A stretch of DNA of 64,000 nt from Candidatus Cloacimonadales bacterium (GCA_963663475.2 CAXXJV010000001.1:1184001-1248000); one strand, 5' to 3'. Positions 1-11,671 are shown, counted from the stretch's first letter. Numbers and translations: made by a program. Notes: a model not told the origin generated them from the letters alone.

Positions 1-1
1 G

Positions 2-3000
2 AGAGTTGGTTCACTTAACTCTACCGGTTATGAAGTTTTAAGCTCTATCAATTCTTTCACAACTGCTACTCCTGAAGGAACTATCCAAATTGGATCAGGT
101 GCAGAAACAAATCAAGGTATGCCAATTGAACCTTTCTATGGTTATACTTATACACAAACAATCTACTCTCAAACTGATATTGACCTAGCTGGTGATATTC
201 AAACTATCGCATGGCATTATAATGGTAATACTGCTTGGGGTCCAGATGATGTTAAAATCTATATGGCTCATACTAGTCTTGAAGCTTTCGATTCTACTGT
301 AAGTTGGCTTGCTGCAGAAGACTTAACCCTTGTTTATGATGGAACTCTTTCTGTTCCTGCAGTTGATGGCTGGGTTCCTCTTACATTAGATACAGCATTT
401 AGTTATAACAATACTGATAATCTTGTTATTGCTGTTGAAGAAAATACTCAAGGTTATCACGGTTCAGGTGATGAATTCTATAACACTGCTACAGAAGCTA
501 ATGTCTCAATTACTTATAGAAACGACTCAACAGATCCAGATCCTGTAAGCCCTCCTGAAGGAACTTTAAAGGCTTATTATCCTAACCTAGTTCTAGTTAT
601 GGAAGCTGGTGAAACTCCAATAGAATACCCAGCTCCAACCAACTTAATTGCTGAAATTGAAAATGAGAATGATGTTCACTTAACTTGGAATATGCCAATT
701 CTTCCTGAAGAAGAAGGCCAATGGTTATGGCATGGTTCTGGTGTTTATGATGATGGTTTTGGTACTGGTACAGCCTTCTCTTATACTGGTGTTGTTAGAT
801 ACGATGCTACAGATTTAGAGAATTATGGTGGATCAAATTTAACACAAGTTAAATTCTACCCTCGTAATGACCAGGCTACTTATACTTTGAAAGTATGGAC
901 TGGTGGCTCATATGATGGTTCTACATTTGTTCCTGGAACAGAAGTAGTTTCTCAAACAATAGATACAATCGAAACTTTCTCTTGGAATTTAGTTGAAGTT
1001 GATACTGATGTTACCTTAGCTGCTGGTGAAGAACTTTGGATTGGTATTGAAACTGTTACTCCTAATGGCTATCCTTTAGGTGTTGATGCTGGTCCTGCTG
1101 TTACAGGCAAAGGTGATTTAATCTTCTTTAATAATAGTTGGAATTTAATTTCTAATCTTAACAATGATAAAAACTTCCTCATTCAAGCTTATGTTGAGGG
1201 AGCAAGAATTAACTATAGAGACCCTCTTGAAATAACTGCTTATAACATTTATCGTAATGATACAGTTATTCAATCTATTGCTGATGCAAATGATACTACT
1301 TGGGTAAATACTAATGTCCCAAGTGGTGTATGGGAATACAAGGTAACTGCTCTTTATGGAACAGAAATGTCTGAACCTTCAAATGTTGTAATTGTGGATA
1401 CAACACCTCCTGTATATAACCCTCCAACAAACTTCACAGCTGTTATTGTTGATGAATTTGATGTCCAAATTAACTGGGATGCTCCAGCTGCTAGAAATAG
1501 ATCTAATGCTCGTGCTGAATCTATGTTCGGACTTGCAAGTAGAGAAGAAATATCTAGAAACTTAATTGGCTATACTCTTTACCGCGATGATGCTATACTA
1601 GCAGAAGTTGGTACAGATGTTATGTCTTATTTAGATGAAGACCTTGATTATGGTACTTATCAATATAAAGCAGTTGCTAACTATGATGCAGCCGATTCTG
1701 ATCCAACTCCAGTTGTGACAGTAGTTATTGAAGAAGTAGAAGAAATACTTCCTCCAGAAAACTTAACAGCTTCAGTAAATGAAGATGATATTACTTTAAA
1801 CTGGTTAGCTCCAGGAGATACACCTGAAACAATGAATGAAAGTTTCGAAAATGGCTTCCCTCCAACAGGTTGGTCTGTAGATGTTACTAACACTACTGAG
1901 TCATGGGCTCAATACGAGACAGTATCATTCTCTTCTGGTGATATTGTTCCTACTGATGGAACTTATCAAGCTGGTGTTATGTGGGATTATGGTGCTCAAG
2001 ATGAATGGTTGATGACTGGTGAAATGACTGGCCTTACTGGTCTTACATTTGATTTCTATGGCCAATATGGTTCAGAATATGGTGATAACTATTATGTGAA
2101 AGTCTCTACAGATGGTGGAACAAACTGGACTCCTGTCTGGAATGCTTCAGATTTACCAGCTGGAGAAAACTATTATGAAACACCTGTTTCAATAGATTTA
2201 TCTACTTATGCTACCATGCCTATCCATGTTGCCTGGAACTTCGTTGACGGAGATGGCCAAGGTCTCTGGTATGCTACCTATATTGATAATATAATGTTTG
2301 AAACTTCTGTAGCTACTAGAACTATTAGAGGTCAAGAACTTGTAAGCTTTAGTAAAGCTTTACCTGCTCCTCAAGTTAGAAATAACAGAGATCTTACAGG
2401 TTATAAAGTCTATAGAGATGGAACTGAAATAGCTAGTGTAGCTGCTGATGTTCTTACATATCTTGATGCTGACTTAGAAAATGCTACTTACGAATATTAT
2501 GTAACAGCAATGTATGGTGACCAAGAATCAGAAGCTTCAAATACTGTTTCTGCAACAGTTAATGTTACTATTCCTGGTGATTATCTCATAGAAGATGGTT
2601 TTGAAACATATACAGACTTCGCTTTAGAAGCTGCTCCATGGACTTTAATTGATGGCGACCTTTCAGGTACTTACTCAATTACTAACACTACTTGGGCAAA
2701 TGCTGAAGCTCCTCAAGCTTATATTGTTTTCAATCCTTCAACAACTACTCCTCCATTAACAGATGCTGCATATGCTGCTCATGAAGGTGATAAATATATG
2801 GCTGCTTTTGCTTCAACTACACCTGCTAACAACGATTGGATGATTACTCCTGAATTTACTTTAGGTGACTCTGGTACTTTCCACTTCATGGGTAAATCAA
2901 TCACTGATCAGTATGGTCTTGAAAGATTCAATGTTCTAGTTTCTACTGGTTCAACTAATCCTAATGACTTTACTTCTATCTCAGGTGATACTTATGTAAC

Positions 3001-3445
3001 TGCTCCTACAAGTTGGACTCAATTCTCTTATAGTTTAGATGATTATGCTAACCAAAATATTAGAGTTGCTATCCAATGTGTATCACATGATGCATTCATC
3101 TTCATGGTTGATCAGGTTCAGATTGAAGCTCCTGGTGGAACTCCTAATAATCCTGAAGTTACTCCTGTAATTTCTCAACTCATTGGTAACTACCCTAACC
3201 CATTCAACCCTGAAACAAGTATTGCTTTCTCAACAAAAGAAAATGGTCCTGTATCTATTGATATCTACAATGTTAGAGGTCAAAAAGTAAGATCACTTCT
3301 TAATGAAAATAAAGAAGCAGGAAACCACACTGTTGTTTGGAATGGTAAAGATGATAATGGTAAGAATGTTGCTTCTGGTGTATTCTTCTACAGAATGAAA
3401 TCAGGAAAATATTCTTCAACCAAGAAAATGATTCTTATGAAATAG
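2..3445 (+). CDS. Large secreted adhesin-like protein (Fn3 + cleaved-adhesin/choice-of-anchor J domains + T9SS-A/FlgD-like CTD); 5' end lies outside the window
   Basis: The frame is open from base 2 (RVGSLNSTGYEV...QGM), so ATG 119 is internal. Repeated 'PxNLTAxV...VxLxW' and 'YKVYRDG...YYVTAMYG..ESEASN' Fn3 halves; 'NNDWMITPEF' adhesin motif; ends '[11 protein letters not shown]...KKMILMK'. Confidence 0.85.
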   Translation, partial: RVGSLNSTGYEVLSSINSFTTATPEGTIQIGSGAETNQGMPIEPFYGYTYTQTIYSQTDIDLAGDIQTIAWHYNGNTAWGPDDVKIYMAHTSLEAFDSTVSWLAAEDLTLVYDGTLSVPAVDGWVPLTLDTAFSYNNTDNLVIAVEENTQGYHGSGDEFYNTATEANVSITYRNDSTDPDPVSPPEGTLKAYYPNLVLVMEAGETPIEYPAPTNLIAEIENENDVHLTWNMPILPEEEGQWLWHGSGVYDDGFGTGTAFSYTGVVRYDATDLENYGGSNLTQVKFYPRNDQATYTLKVWTGGSYDGSTFVPGTEVVSQTIDTIETFSWNLVEVDTDVTLAAGEELWIGIETVTPNGYPLGVDAGPAVTGKGDLIFFNNSWNLISNLNNDKNFLIQAYVEGARINYRDPLEITAYNIYRNDTVIQSIADANDTTWVNTNVPSGVWEYKVTALYGTEMSEPSNVVIVDTTPPVYNPPTNFTAVIVDEFDVQINWDAPAARNRSNARAESMFGLASREEISRNLIGYTLYRDDAILAEVGTDVMSYLDEDLDYGTYQYKAVANYDAADSDPTPVVTVVIEEVEEILPPENLTASVNEDDITLNWLAPGDTPETMNESFENGFPPTGWSVDVTNTTESWAQYETVSFSSGDIVPTDGTYQAGVMWDYGAQDEWLMTGEMTGLTGLTFDFYGQYGSEYGDNYYVKVSTDGGTNWTPVWNASDLPAGENYYETPVSIDLSTYATMPIHVAWNFVDGDGQGLWYATYIDNIMFETSVATRTIRGQELVSFSKALPAPQVRNNRDLTGYKVYRDGTEIASVAADVLTYLDADLENATYEYYVTAMYGDQESEASNTVSATVNVTIPGDYLIEDGFETYTDFALEAAPWTLIDGDLSGTYSITNTTWANAEAPQAYIVFNPSTTTPPLTDAAYAAHEGDKYMAAFASTTPANNDWMITPEFTLGDSGTFHFMGKSITDQYGLERFNVLVSTGSTNPNDFTSISGDTYVTAPTSWTQFSYSLDDYANQNIRVAIQCVSHDAFIFMVDQVQIEAPGGTPNNPEVTPVISQLIGNYPNPFNPETSIAFSTKENGPVSIDIYNVRGQKVRSLLNENKEAGNHTVVWNGKDDNGKNVASGVFFYRMKSGKYSSTKKMILMK

Positions 3446-3496
3446 TATTACTGGTAAAGCTTGCATTTAGTAAGCAAACCTGTAATAGAAATATAT

Positions 3497-3520
3497 AAGC
3501 CCTGCGAAAGCAGGGCTTTT
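3497..3520 (+). terminator. Rho-independent terminator
   Basis: aagccctgc-gaaa-gcagggctt followed by a T-tract, 50 bp after the stop codon. Confidence 0.85.
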
Positions 3521-3767
3521 CAATTATCTGGGATTATCAGGAACATCTTAACTGACATTAAGGGTATTGAAGAAAAAAACAAAAAATAAATGTTAAGACA
3601 TTAAATGGCTTAATCTTCTGTTATATAATAATATATAAAGTTATACCTAAGGTATTTAAAAATGACTAAAAGAAGTAATCATTGACATTATTACTGGCCT
3701 TTCCAATATTGACTTACATGCTAACCTTGGCTATAGAAGCCAACAAAATTATCTAAGGAGAAAAAGT

Positions 3768-6700
3768 ATGAAAAAAACTATGCTTATGCTAGTGTTGATG
3801 ATTTTAACTATTACATCTTCATTCGCCGTTTTCGTAGAAATCGGTGAAGGTGGATCAACCTCAAATTATATACCATTTTATGGTTTATTTGATTATAGTT
3901 GGTCATCATTTATAATTGATGGAGAGGATATTGGTTCTGCTATAGAAATCAATGAAATCCAATTTAACATTTCTAATACACCAAGTAATTATGAAATGAT
4001 TGATCAAAAAGTTTATATTAGACATACTACTGAAACTGAAGTTTCATTAGCTTATCCAAATCCTGAAACCAATGGTTATACCTTAATTTATGATGGTCCA
4101 ACTACATGGAATCAATCAGGATGGCAAGGTATTACTCTTGATCAAACTTTCGCTTATGATGGCACTTCAAACTTAGAAATTGTTTGGGAAAATCATGACG
4201 GAACATATGTGAGTGGTTATCCTATATTCGTTACTACTCCAACCGAAACTAATGTATCTTGTTACAAATATGCTGATGACGACTTCCCAACTGAAATAGG
4301 AACTCATCAAACTTTATATCCAAATATAAGATTAGGTTATGCAATGGAGGGATCTCCTGCTCTTCCTGTTTTAGTAAATCCTGCTAATGATTCATTTGGT
4401 AATGCAACTGAACTTACACTTGAATGGCAAATCGATGAAAACACTACTGATGTAGATGTTTACCTTTCAACTTTAAGAGCTGATGTTGTTAATGAAGTGG
4501 AATCTGCTAGAGTAGTTTCAGGTCAGTTAGTTGAATCTTTTGCAACAAGCTTAAATAGCGGATCAAGTTATTTCTGGAAAGTAATAGCAAATAATACTTC
4601 TCTTGACATCAGTGTTAGTTCACCAGTGTGGCAATTTGCTACAGAACTAGGTGAAATTACATTACCTTACTCAAACGATTTCGAAGAGTTAACACTTGCC
4701 GAAACTTTACCTTTAGGCTGGTCATCTTTCTTTAGCTCTACTAGTGAATATGCTCAAGTAGGTGCTTATGCTGATGCTGCTTATGATAGTGAAATGGGTA
4801 TTAGGTTATATAACAGTGATGATCTTTCAGCTGAACTTATAATTGTTACTCCTCAAATTGAAACTAGTGGTGCTAGAATCAATATGATGGCTAAAGTTAC
4901 TTCAGCTAGTGAAGGGGATCTTCTACTTGGTTATCTTACTGATATCAATGATTCTTCTACTTTCACATTGATAGAAGCTGTAGATTTAACAAGTGAATTC
5001 GCTAACTATAGAATTGCTCTTCCTGATGGCGAAAATTATCTTGCGTTTAAACATGCAGTTACTGGAACCTATAAAAATATCTATCTTGATGATGTAATTA
5101 TTGAAATGACTCCAGCAAATGAACCTGTGGCAGCAACTTTAGTTGCTCCAGAAAATACCCAGACAAATGTTGCTGTTGATACAGAATTAGAATGGGTTAA
5201 TAATGAAAATACTTCTACTGTAGATGTTTATTTATCAGAAAATCTATCTGATGTCGAAGATAAATTAGCTTCTGCCAAAGTTGTGGATAATCAGAATGTT
5301 ACTACTTATTCAACAGATTTAGAGACTTTTAAAAGTTATTATTGGATGGTAGTTGCTAAAAATGCTGATGGTCTTACTGTTGATTCTGAGATTTATAGTT
5401 TTACTACTGCTCTTGAAGAAGGATTAATCTTATCTGGATATGGTGTTGCAACTTCTGGTAACTTGCCTATCAATCCTTTCTTTGGTTATACATATTCCCA
5501 GGTTATCTATGCTGCGGATTTATTTGATGGACAAACTGGAGCAATTGAAAGTATTGCTTATGAATATAACGGAAATTCAGCTTTTACTGATGATATAGTT
5601 ATTTATTTAGCTACAACTTCATTAGATTCATTCACTGAAACTACCGATTGGTTACCTGCTTCTGAATTAACTGAAGTATATAATGGTAGTCTAACTACTA
5701 CTGAGGAAGCTGGATGGATTACTATCACATTTGATACACCTTTCAATTATGATGGTTCTGCTAATTTAGTAGTTGCTGTTGAAGAAAACACTGATGGTTA
5801 TCATGGTAATAGTGATAAATTCTTTGGCTATGAAACTGCTGTTAACGTAGCTTTAAGACACACTAGTGATTCTGTTAATGCTGAACCTACTGACCCTCCT
5901 GCTGGTTCTTTAGTGTCTTACCAACCAAATACTATTTTTGCTTTTGGTCAAGAAGTTACTCCACTTCCTGTAGTTACTGATTTAGCCGCTTCTGTAGTTG
6001 AAAATGATGTAACTCTTACATGGACTGCTCCTGAAGCAGGTGAAAACACTATCGTAGAATATCAAATCTTCAAAGATAACAGCCAAATAGCTACTAGTGA
6101 AGATTTAACCTATACTGATGCTGATTTAGCTGATGGAACTTATGAATATGGTGTAAAAGTTGTTTATTCTGAAGGTACTTCTGCAATGTCAAATCTTGTA
6201 GAAGCTACTATCTCAACTACTCCTATCGAAGTTGAAGCTCCTCTTAACTTAACAGCTAGTGTATCAGGTCAAGATGTTACCCTAAACTGGTTAGCACCTG
6301 GAACAGAAATCCCTGATGAAATTACTGAAGGCTTTGAAGAATCATTCCCTCCAACAGGTTGGTCTGTACAAGCCACTAACACTACTTCTTCTTGGGAACA
6401 GTTTGAAACTGTAGCTTTTGAAACTGGTGATGTAGCTCCAACTGAAGGTTCTTACCAAGCTGGTGTTCAATGGGATTATTCAGCTCAAGATGAATGGTTA
6501 GTTACTTCTGAAATTTCTAATGTTACTGATTTAACATTTGATTATTATGGTTCTTTAGGTTCTACTTATGGTGATAACTACTATGTGAAAGTATCTACTG
6601 ATGGTGGTAACAACTGGACTCCTATCTGGAATGCTTCTGATTTTGCTGAAGGCAATAATTATTATGAAACACCTATCTCTATTGACTTATCTGCTTATGC

Positions 6701-8858
6701 TTCTGAAACAATTAATATTGCTTGGAATTTTGTAGATGGTGATGGTCAAGGTTTATGGTGGACTACATTCATTGATAATATTGTATTCTCTTCTAATGGA
6801 AGAACTTTAGCCTTTGATGCTTCTGAATTAAAAGCATTCTCTAAAGCTGAAAAAACTCTTTCAACTTCTAGAATTACAAGAAATAGAATCGCTAAAGATC
6901 CTAACTATGTTGCTACACGAAATACTCGTGAATTAACTGGTTATAAAATCTATCGTGATGCTAGTGAAATAGCTACTATCTCTTCTGACCTATTAACATA
7001 TACTGATGAAGAACTAGACTTTGCTAACTATGAATACTACGTAACTGCTATTTATACTGAAGGTGAATCTGATCCTTCTAATACTGTTACTGTTTCAGTT
7101 ATTGATCCTGCAACTACCTTACCTCCAATGAACCTCACAGCTGATGTTAATGGCACTGATGTTGCACTTGCTTGGGAAGAACCACTTGATTTATCTGAAG
7201 GTGCTTGGTTATCAAAAGGTGCTGAAGATAATAATGACGGTATCGGTGTTAACGGACCTGCAGAATTTGGCGTAGCTCATAAATATACTCAAGACGAACT
7301 TGCAATCTACCAAGGCTTATATATTAATACAATTAAGTTCTTCCCTCGTGAAGCTACTGCAACTTATACTGTTTCAGTATGGGGTGGAGCAACAGGTCAA
7401 GACCTTCTTTATAGTCAAGTTGCTTCTGATTTCGTTAATGAAGCTTGGAATGAACACCAATTAACTACACCTGTAGCAATCCCTGCTTCTGGTCCTCTTT
7501 ATATTGGTTACATGGTTGATACCCAAGTTGGTTTCCCTGCTGGTTGTGATGCTGGTCCTGCTGTTGCTGGTGGAGACCAAATCCACTTTGTTGGCGAAGC
7601 ATGGGATGCTCTTTCAGCTGTAGCTACTCCAAACATTAACTGGAATATTCAAGCATTTGTTTCACCTGAAGGTGCAGACAGAGCTATGGTAAGACCTCTT
7701 ATTTTAGCTAAAAAAACTCTTAATACTTCTGCAAGTATTACAGACTTAAGAGCTGGAAACTTAAATCCTGTAGTTACAAGTAGATTTAATATTGATAGAG
7801 ATGTTACTGCTTATAAAATCTACCGTGATGCTACTGAAATAGCTGAAGTTGCAGCAGATGTCTTAACTTATACAGATAGCAATCTTGACAATGGTACTTA
7901 CTCTTACCATGTTACTGCTATGTATGGCCAAGCTGAGTCATTAAACTCTAACTCTGTTACAGTAACTGTTAATAATTCAAACCCTGATGATGTTATTATC
8001 TCAGATTCTTTTGAAAACTATGCAGACTTCTCTATGCAGTTTGGTGATTGGACTCTTGTTGATGGTGATTTAGCTCCTACCTATGGATTTAGTGGAACAA
8101 GCTTCCCTAATGCTGAATCTATGTTTGCTTACTTAGTATTCAATCCTGCTTCAACAACTCCTCCACTAGAAGATGAAGCTTACCAAGCTCCTGATGGAAG
8201 CAAATATCTTGCTTCTTTCGCTGCTACTACACCTCCAAACAATGACTGGTTAATTTCACAACCATTCACTCTTGGTGATCAAGGTGAGATTAACTTCAAA
8301 GCTAAATCAATTACTAACCAGTATGGTTTAGAGAAATTTAATGTGCTTGTATCAGATGGTTCAACTAACCCTAACGACTTTACATCAATCTCAGGTGCTA
8401 CACCTGTGGAAGCTCCTATCACATGGACTAGTTATATGTATGGTTTAAATGACTATGCTAACCAAACCATTAGAGTTGCTATCCAATGTGTATCAAATGA
8501 TGCATTTGTATTCATGCTTGATGATTTAAAAATCGTTTCTGCTGGTGGAACTGACAATGATGATCCTACTGCTCCTGCTCTAACTACAGCTTTAAATGGT
8601 AACTATCCTAATCCTTTCAACCCAGAAACTACTATTTCTTATTCAGTTGAAAAAGCAGGAAAGGTTACTCTTGAAGTTTATAATATCTTAGGACAGAAAG
8701 TAAGAACTCTTGTTAATGATACTAAGGATGCAGGTTCTCATAATGTAGTATGGAATGGTAAAGACCAAGCTGGGAACAATGTTTCTTCTGGCGTTTACTT
8801 CTACCGTATGAAAAATGGAAACTATTCTAAAACTAACAAAATGATATTAATGAAATAA
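3768..8858 (+). CDS. 1696-aa secreted adhesin-like protein (Fn3, cleaved-adhesin domains, T9SS-A/FlgD-like CTD); paralog of the upstream gene
   Basis: RBS aaggag; signal peptide [20 protein letters not shown]; modules shared with 2..3445 (e.g. [25 protein letters not shown]); CTD '[11 protein letters not shown]...NKMILMK'. Confidence 0.9.
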   Translation: MKKTMLMLVLMILTITSSFAVFVEIGEGGSTSNYIPFYGLFDYSWSSFIIDGEDIGSAIEINEIQFNISNTPSNYEMIDQKVYIRHTTETEVSLAYPNPETNGYTLIYDGPTTWNQSGWQGITLDQTFAYDGTSNLEIVWENHDGTYVSGYPIFVTTPTETNVSCYKYADDDFPTEIGTHQTLYPNIRLGYAMEGSPALPVLVNPANDSFGNATELTLEWQIDENTTDVDVYLSTLRADVVNEVESARVVSGQLVESFATSLNSGSSYFWKVIANNTSLDISVSSPVWQFATELGEITLPYSNDFEELTLAETLPLGWSSFFSSTSEYAQVGAYADAAYDSEMGIRLYNSDDLSAELIIVTPQIETSGARINMMAKVTSASEGDLLLGYLTDINDSSTFTLIEAVDLTSEFANYRIALPDGENYLAFKHAVTGTYKNIYLDDVIIEMTPANEPVAATLVAPENTQTNVAVDTELEWVNNENTSTVDVYLSENLSDVEDKLASAKVVDNQNVTTYSTDLETFKSYYWMVVAKNADGLTVDSEIYSFTTALEEGLILSGYGVATSGNLPINPFFGYTYSQVIYAADLFDGQTGAIESIAYEYNGNSAFTDDIVIYLATTSLDSFTETTDWLPASELTEVYNGSLTTTEEAGWITITFDTPFNYDGSANLVVAVEENTDGYHGNSDKFFGYETAVNVALRHTSDSVNAEPTDPPAGSLVSYQPNTIFAFGQEVTPLPVVTDLAASVVENDVTLTWTAPEAGENTIVEYQIFKDNSQIATSEDLTYTDADLADGTYEYGVKVVYSEGTSAMSNLVEATISTTPIEVEAPLNLTASVSGQDVTLNWLAPGTEIPDEITEGFEESFPPTGWSVQATNTTSSWEQFETVAFETGDVAPTEGSYQAGVQWDYSAQDEWLVTSEISNVTDLTFDYYGSLGSTYGDNYYVKVSTDGGNNWTPIWNASDFAEGNNYYETPISIDLSAYASETINIAWNFVDGDGQGLWWTTFIDNIVFSSNGRTLAFDASELKAFSKAEKTLSTSRITRNRIAKDPNYVATRNTRELTGYKIYRDASEIATISSDLLTYTDEELDFANYEYYVTAIYTEGESDPSNTVTVSVIDPATTLPPMNLTADVNGTDVALAWEEPLDLSEGAWLSKGAEDNNDGIGVNGPAEFGVAHKYTQDELAIYQGLYINTIKFFPREATATYTVSVWGGATGQDLLYSQVASDFVNEAWNEHQLTTPVAIPASGPLYIGYMVDTQVGFPAGCDAGPAVAGGDQIHFVGEAWDALSAVATPNINWNIQAFVSPEGADRAMVRPLILAKKTLNTSASITDLRAGNLNPVVTSRFNIDRDVTAYKIYRDATEIAEVAADVLTYTDSNLDNGTYSYHVTAMYGQAESLNSNSVTVTVNNSNPDDVIISDSFENYADFSMQFGDWTLVDGDLAPTYGFSGTSFPNAESMFAYLVFNPASTTPPLEDEAYQAPDGSKYLASFAATTPPNNDWLISQPFTLGDQGEINFKAKSITNQYGLEKFNVLVSDGSTNPNDFTSISGATPVEAPITWTSYMYGLNDYANQTIRVAIQCVSNDAFVFMLDDLKIVSAGGTDNDDPTAPALTTALNGNYPNPFNPETTISYSVEKAGKVTLEVYNILGQKVRTLVNDTKDAGSHNVVWNGKDQAGNNVSSGVYFYRMKNGNYSKTNKMILMK

Positions 8859-8904
8859 AACTGACAAGGCTTGCCTTTGCAGGCATTTCAGGAAAAATAA
8901 TACT

Positions 8905-8931
8905 AAAGCCTCGCTAATGCGGGGCTTTTTT
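8905..8931 (+). terminator. Rho-independent terminator
   Basis: aaagcctcgc-taat-gcggggcttt plus T-tract downstream of the 1696-aa gene. Confidence 0.8.
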
Positions 8932-8969
8932 AATGCAGATAACATCATATATATACCCTAGACTTATTA

Positions 8970-8996
8970 GGCTCAAGTTCAAGTCTGGTGGGAATA
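8970..8996 (+). mobile_element. Fragment of repeat family B (left end GGCTCAAGTTCAAGTCTGGTGGGAATA)
   Basis: Matches 14320, 54801 and (reverse) 58276. Confidence 0.75.
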
Positions 8997-9052
8997 ATCC
9001 CAGATAATGCAATAGATCTTTGAGAATAGCTCTATTGCACCATTTGGGTTTA
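8995..9052 (+). mobile_element. Internally deleted copy of MITE family A
   Basis: Terminal inverted repeats tcccagataatgcaataga ... tctattgcaccatttgggt with the family's 'atctttgagaatagc' start. Confidence 0.7.
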
Positions 9053-9145
9053 ATAAATATAAATAGGTTAGTAAAAAAAATAGCTTGACTAATAGTGCGA
9101 AATCGCATTTCTATCTAAGTGAGCGTAAAGTTAAGAGGAGTTACA

Positions 9146-11455
9146 ATGAAGGATTTGTTATCTAAAATAAAAAGTGATAGTAGATATGAACAGTTTGATA
9201 CATTTACTAAGATTTTTACAAAATGTTTTGAAGAAAGAAATATGGAAATCAAAACATATTTTGAAGAGTTTTTACTAAAATGGAATGAGTACCTAAACTT
9301 TGAATCTAAACCAAACAAACAAATTAAGAATATTATTAGTGCTAACTTTGAGTTATTTTTCAGATTTATTAGAGCATCAAATAATATTGATTGGTTTAAC
9401 GAATATTTACCTGTTTTCTTAGAAAATGAAAAGTATTTGACTGGCTACTTTTATTTAGCTAATATATATGACTATTTTGGCTATTTAATGTGGTTAAAAC
9501 ATGATATTGAAAGAGGTGTTGAATACCTGCTAAAAGCTTTAGATATTGCCAATAAGTATTGCAAGCCAGATGAAATACCAGGAAGATACACTAACTTAGG
9601 CTATCTTTATGAAGTAGTTGGAGACCTAGACAAAGCTGAGTATTATTATAATGAAGGATTAGATTTTGCTCTTAGATATAATTCTATTAATGCTCTAAAA
9701 CTTGCTTATAATGCTATGGGTAGGTTATATATAAGTAAGAATTTATTTGAAAAAGCTATAGACTATCTTGAAGATTCTTTAAGCTTGTATGAAAGAGAAC
9801 AGGATATTGATAGAATAGCAGTTATTAATAACTTAGCCATGTGCTACAGAACAATTAATCTTACAGATAAAGCAAAAGATTTATACCATGAAATTGATAA
9901 AGAATGGATATTACAGAGAGATCCCGAACTCTATTTTGCTGTTCAAACTAATCTTGGTAATTTGCTAGTTGCTTATAATGATTATGAAATTGCTGAAGAA
10001 AAGTTCCTCAAATCTTTAAATTTTGCTCAGAAAGTGAAAGCAATTGACCAGGTAATTAGTCTCTATGTAAGCTTAGGGGATTTGTATAGTAAGACAGATA
10101 GAACTGCTCAAGCTTTAAGTATTTTAGATGAAGCTCTTGAGTTAAGTAAAGAATTAAAAAATTATAGGATATCAAAATCTATTTATCTCAAGTTAGCTGA
10201 AATTGATATGATGGAAAATAATTATCATGATGCTTTATTACATTTAGAAAAACTTCTTGATATTGCTAAGGCTGTCAAAAATACTCAACTCCACATTAGA
10301 ACCCTTAAGAAACAAGCCTATTGCTATGAAAAGTTAGGTGATTTTAAGAAAGCTTATTCTTGTTTAAATTCATCTGAAGAATTACAAGAAGAAATCAGTG
10401 ATATTGAAAAACGAGAGAAGAGAAAAGAAGAACTCAAATTAGTGGGTAATTCGGTTAGGAAACATTTCATTTTTCAGAGTAGTAATTCTCTCATCTCTAG
10501 GGAATTATCAGCAAAAATTGGAGTAAATTTACTTGGTACTGATCCTTCAATGAGAAAGGCAGTTAGCAAGGCTCTTTTAGCTTCCACAAATTCTGAGGCA
10601 AGTATTTTAATCAAAGGTGAATCTGGTACTGGTAAAGATATTATTGCTAGAATTATTCATTATTCTAGTTCCAGGCAAAATAATCCTTTCATCCCAGTGA
10701 ATAGTGGTTCATTTTCACCTGGTATAGTTAACTCTGCTCTCTTTGGTCATAAAAAAGGTGCCTTTACAGGGGCTGTATCTGATTATGTAGGTTATTTTGA
10801 AGCAGCAAATAAAGGGACTGTTTTCATGGATGAGATAGGAGAGATGCCACAAGATATTCAAATAGCTCTTCTACGTGTTTTGGAAGAGAAAAAGATTACC
10901 CCCTTAGGATCAAGTAAGCAAATACCCGTTGATTTTAGACTTATCTCAGCCACAAATAGAGATTTAGACAAAGAAATTAAACAAGGTAAGATGAGATTAG
11001 ATTTTTTAAATAGAATAAATACTCTAGAAATATGCATTCCTCCCTTGAGAGAAAGAAAAGATGATATCCCTATTTTAATAGATGCCTTTATTGAAGAGAT
11101 TTCTATGCGAGTTAAAATTAAGAAACCTCAACTATCAATCCCTGCTTTAAAACTTCTCATAGACTATGATTACCCAGGAAACGTAAGAGAATTGAAAAAT
11201 ATGATTGAAAAATTAATCATTTTTAATAATAAATGCGAGATAAATCCTGATGATGTTTATAACTTAAATATGAATATGACTAGCAAGAATACTACAAAAA
11301 CATCCCAATCAACTTTGCATTTAGAGACTCTTGAAAAACAAGCAATCTGTAAAGCTATGAAGGATTGTCACAATATTAAAACAGATGCAGCTAAACTCTT
11401 GGGTATCACGGTTTATGCCTTAAGAAGAAGATTAGAAAAATATAATTTAGATTAA
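9146..11455 (+). CDS. TPR-repeat sigma54-dependent enhancer-binding protein (TPR + AAA+ + Fis HTH)
   Basis: GESGTGK Walker A, GAFTGA loop, FMDEIGEM Walker B, YDYPGNVRELKN, C-terminal 'AAKLLGIT..LRRRLEKY'; N-terminal TPR-like repeats. Start moved to ATG 9146 behind RBS agaggag. Confidence 0.92.
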   Translation: MKDLLSKIKSDSRYEQFDTFTKIFTKCFEERNMEIKTYFEEFLLKWNEYLNFESKPNKQIKNIISANFELFFRFIRASNNIDWFNEYLPVFLENEKYLTGYFYLANIYDYFGYLMWLKHDIERGVEYLLKALDIANKYCKPDEIPGRYTNLGYLYEVVGDLDKAEYYYNEGLDFALRYNSINALKLAYNAMGRLYISKNLFEKAIDYLEDSLSLYEREQDIDRIAVINNLAMCYRTINLTDKAKDLYHEIDKEWILQRDPELYFAVQTNLGNLLVAYNDYEIAEEKFLKSLNFAQKVKAIDQVISLYVSLGDLYSKTDRTAQALSILDEALELSKELKNYRISKSIYLKLAEIDMMENNYHDALLHLEKLLDIAKAVKNTQLHIRTLKKQAYCYEKLGDFKKAYSCLNSSEELQEEISDIEKREKRKEELKLVGNSVRKHFIFQSSNSLISRELSAKIGVNLLGTDPSMRKAVSKALLASTNSEASILIKGESGTGKDIIARIIHYSSSRQNNPFIPVNSGSFSPGIVNSALFGHKKGAFTGAVSDYVGYFEAANKGTVFMDEIGEMPQDIQIALLRVLEEKKITPLGSSKQIPVDFRLISATNRDLDKEIKQGKMRLDFLNRINTLEICIPPLRERKDDIPILIDAFIEEISMRVKIKKPQLSIPALKLLIDYDYPGNVRELKNMIEKLIIFNNKCEINPDDVYNLNMNMTSKNTTKTSQSTLHLETLEKQAICKAMKDCHNIKTDAAKLLGITVYALRRRLEKYNLD

Positions 11456-11650
11456 AGCTAATAATGTAGTAGATCTTTGCGAATAGCAGAATCTTCTTTT
11501 GCAAAAGTAAGCTACATAGTTTTCAGGAATATATATATTATATGCCTTCAACTTCTGTAACTTATTTTGCTAAAAGAGTCTAGCACTCTTCACCTGTGAT
11601 ACCTAGCTTAAGCCAAGTACTATCAAAGTTCTACTGCACTACTCGGTTAA
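11453..11650 (+). mobile_element. MITE family A, long copy (~195 bp)
   Basis: Ends ...ataatgtagtaga / tctactgcactactcggtt; core 'gaatagcagaatcttcttttgcaaaagtaagctacatagttttcaggaatatatatattatatgccttc' is identical to the 18443 copy. Confidence 0.85.
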
Positions 11651-11671
11651 ACCTCATTGTTTTAAAACTAG

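Noticed and set aside
2-8858. Diversity-generating retroelement template/variable repeat pair in the adhesin genes
   Set aside because: Differences between similar segments are not adenine-specific, both lie in coding modules, and there is no reverse transcriptase in the window.
8914-9318. Short minus-strand ORFs (8914..9108 and 9115..9318)
   Set aside because: The first is made of repeat fragments; the second is antisense to the sigma54 activator.
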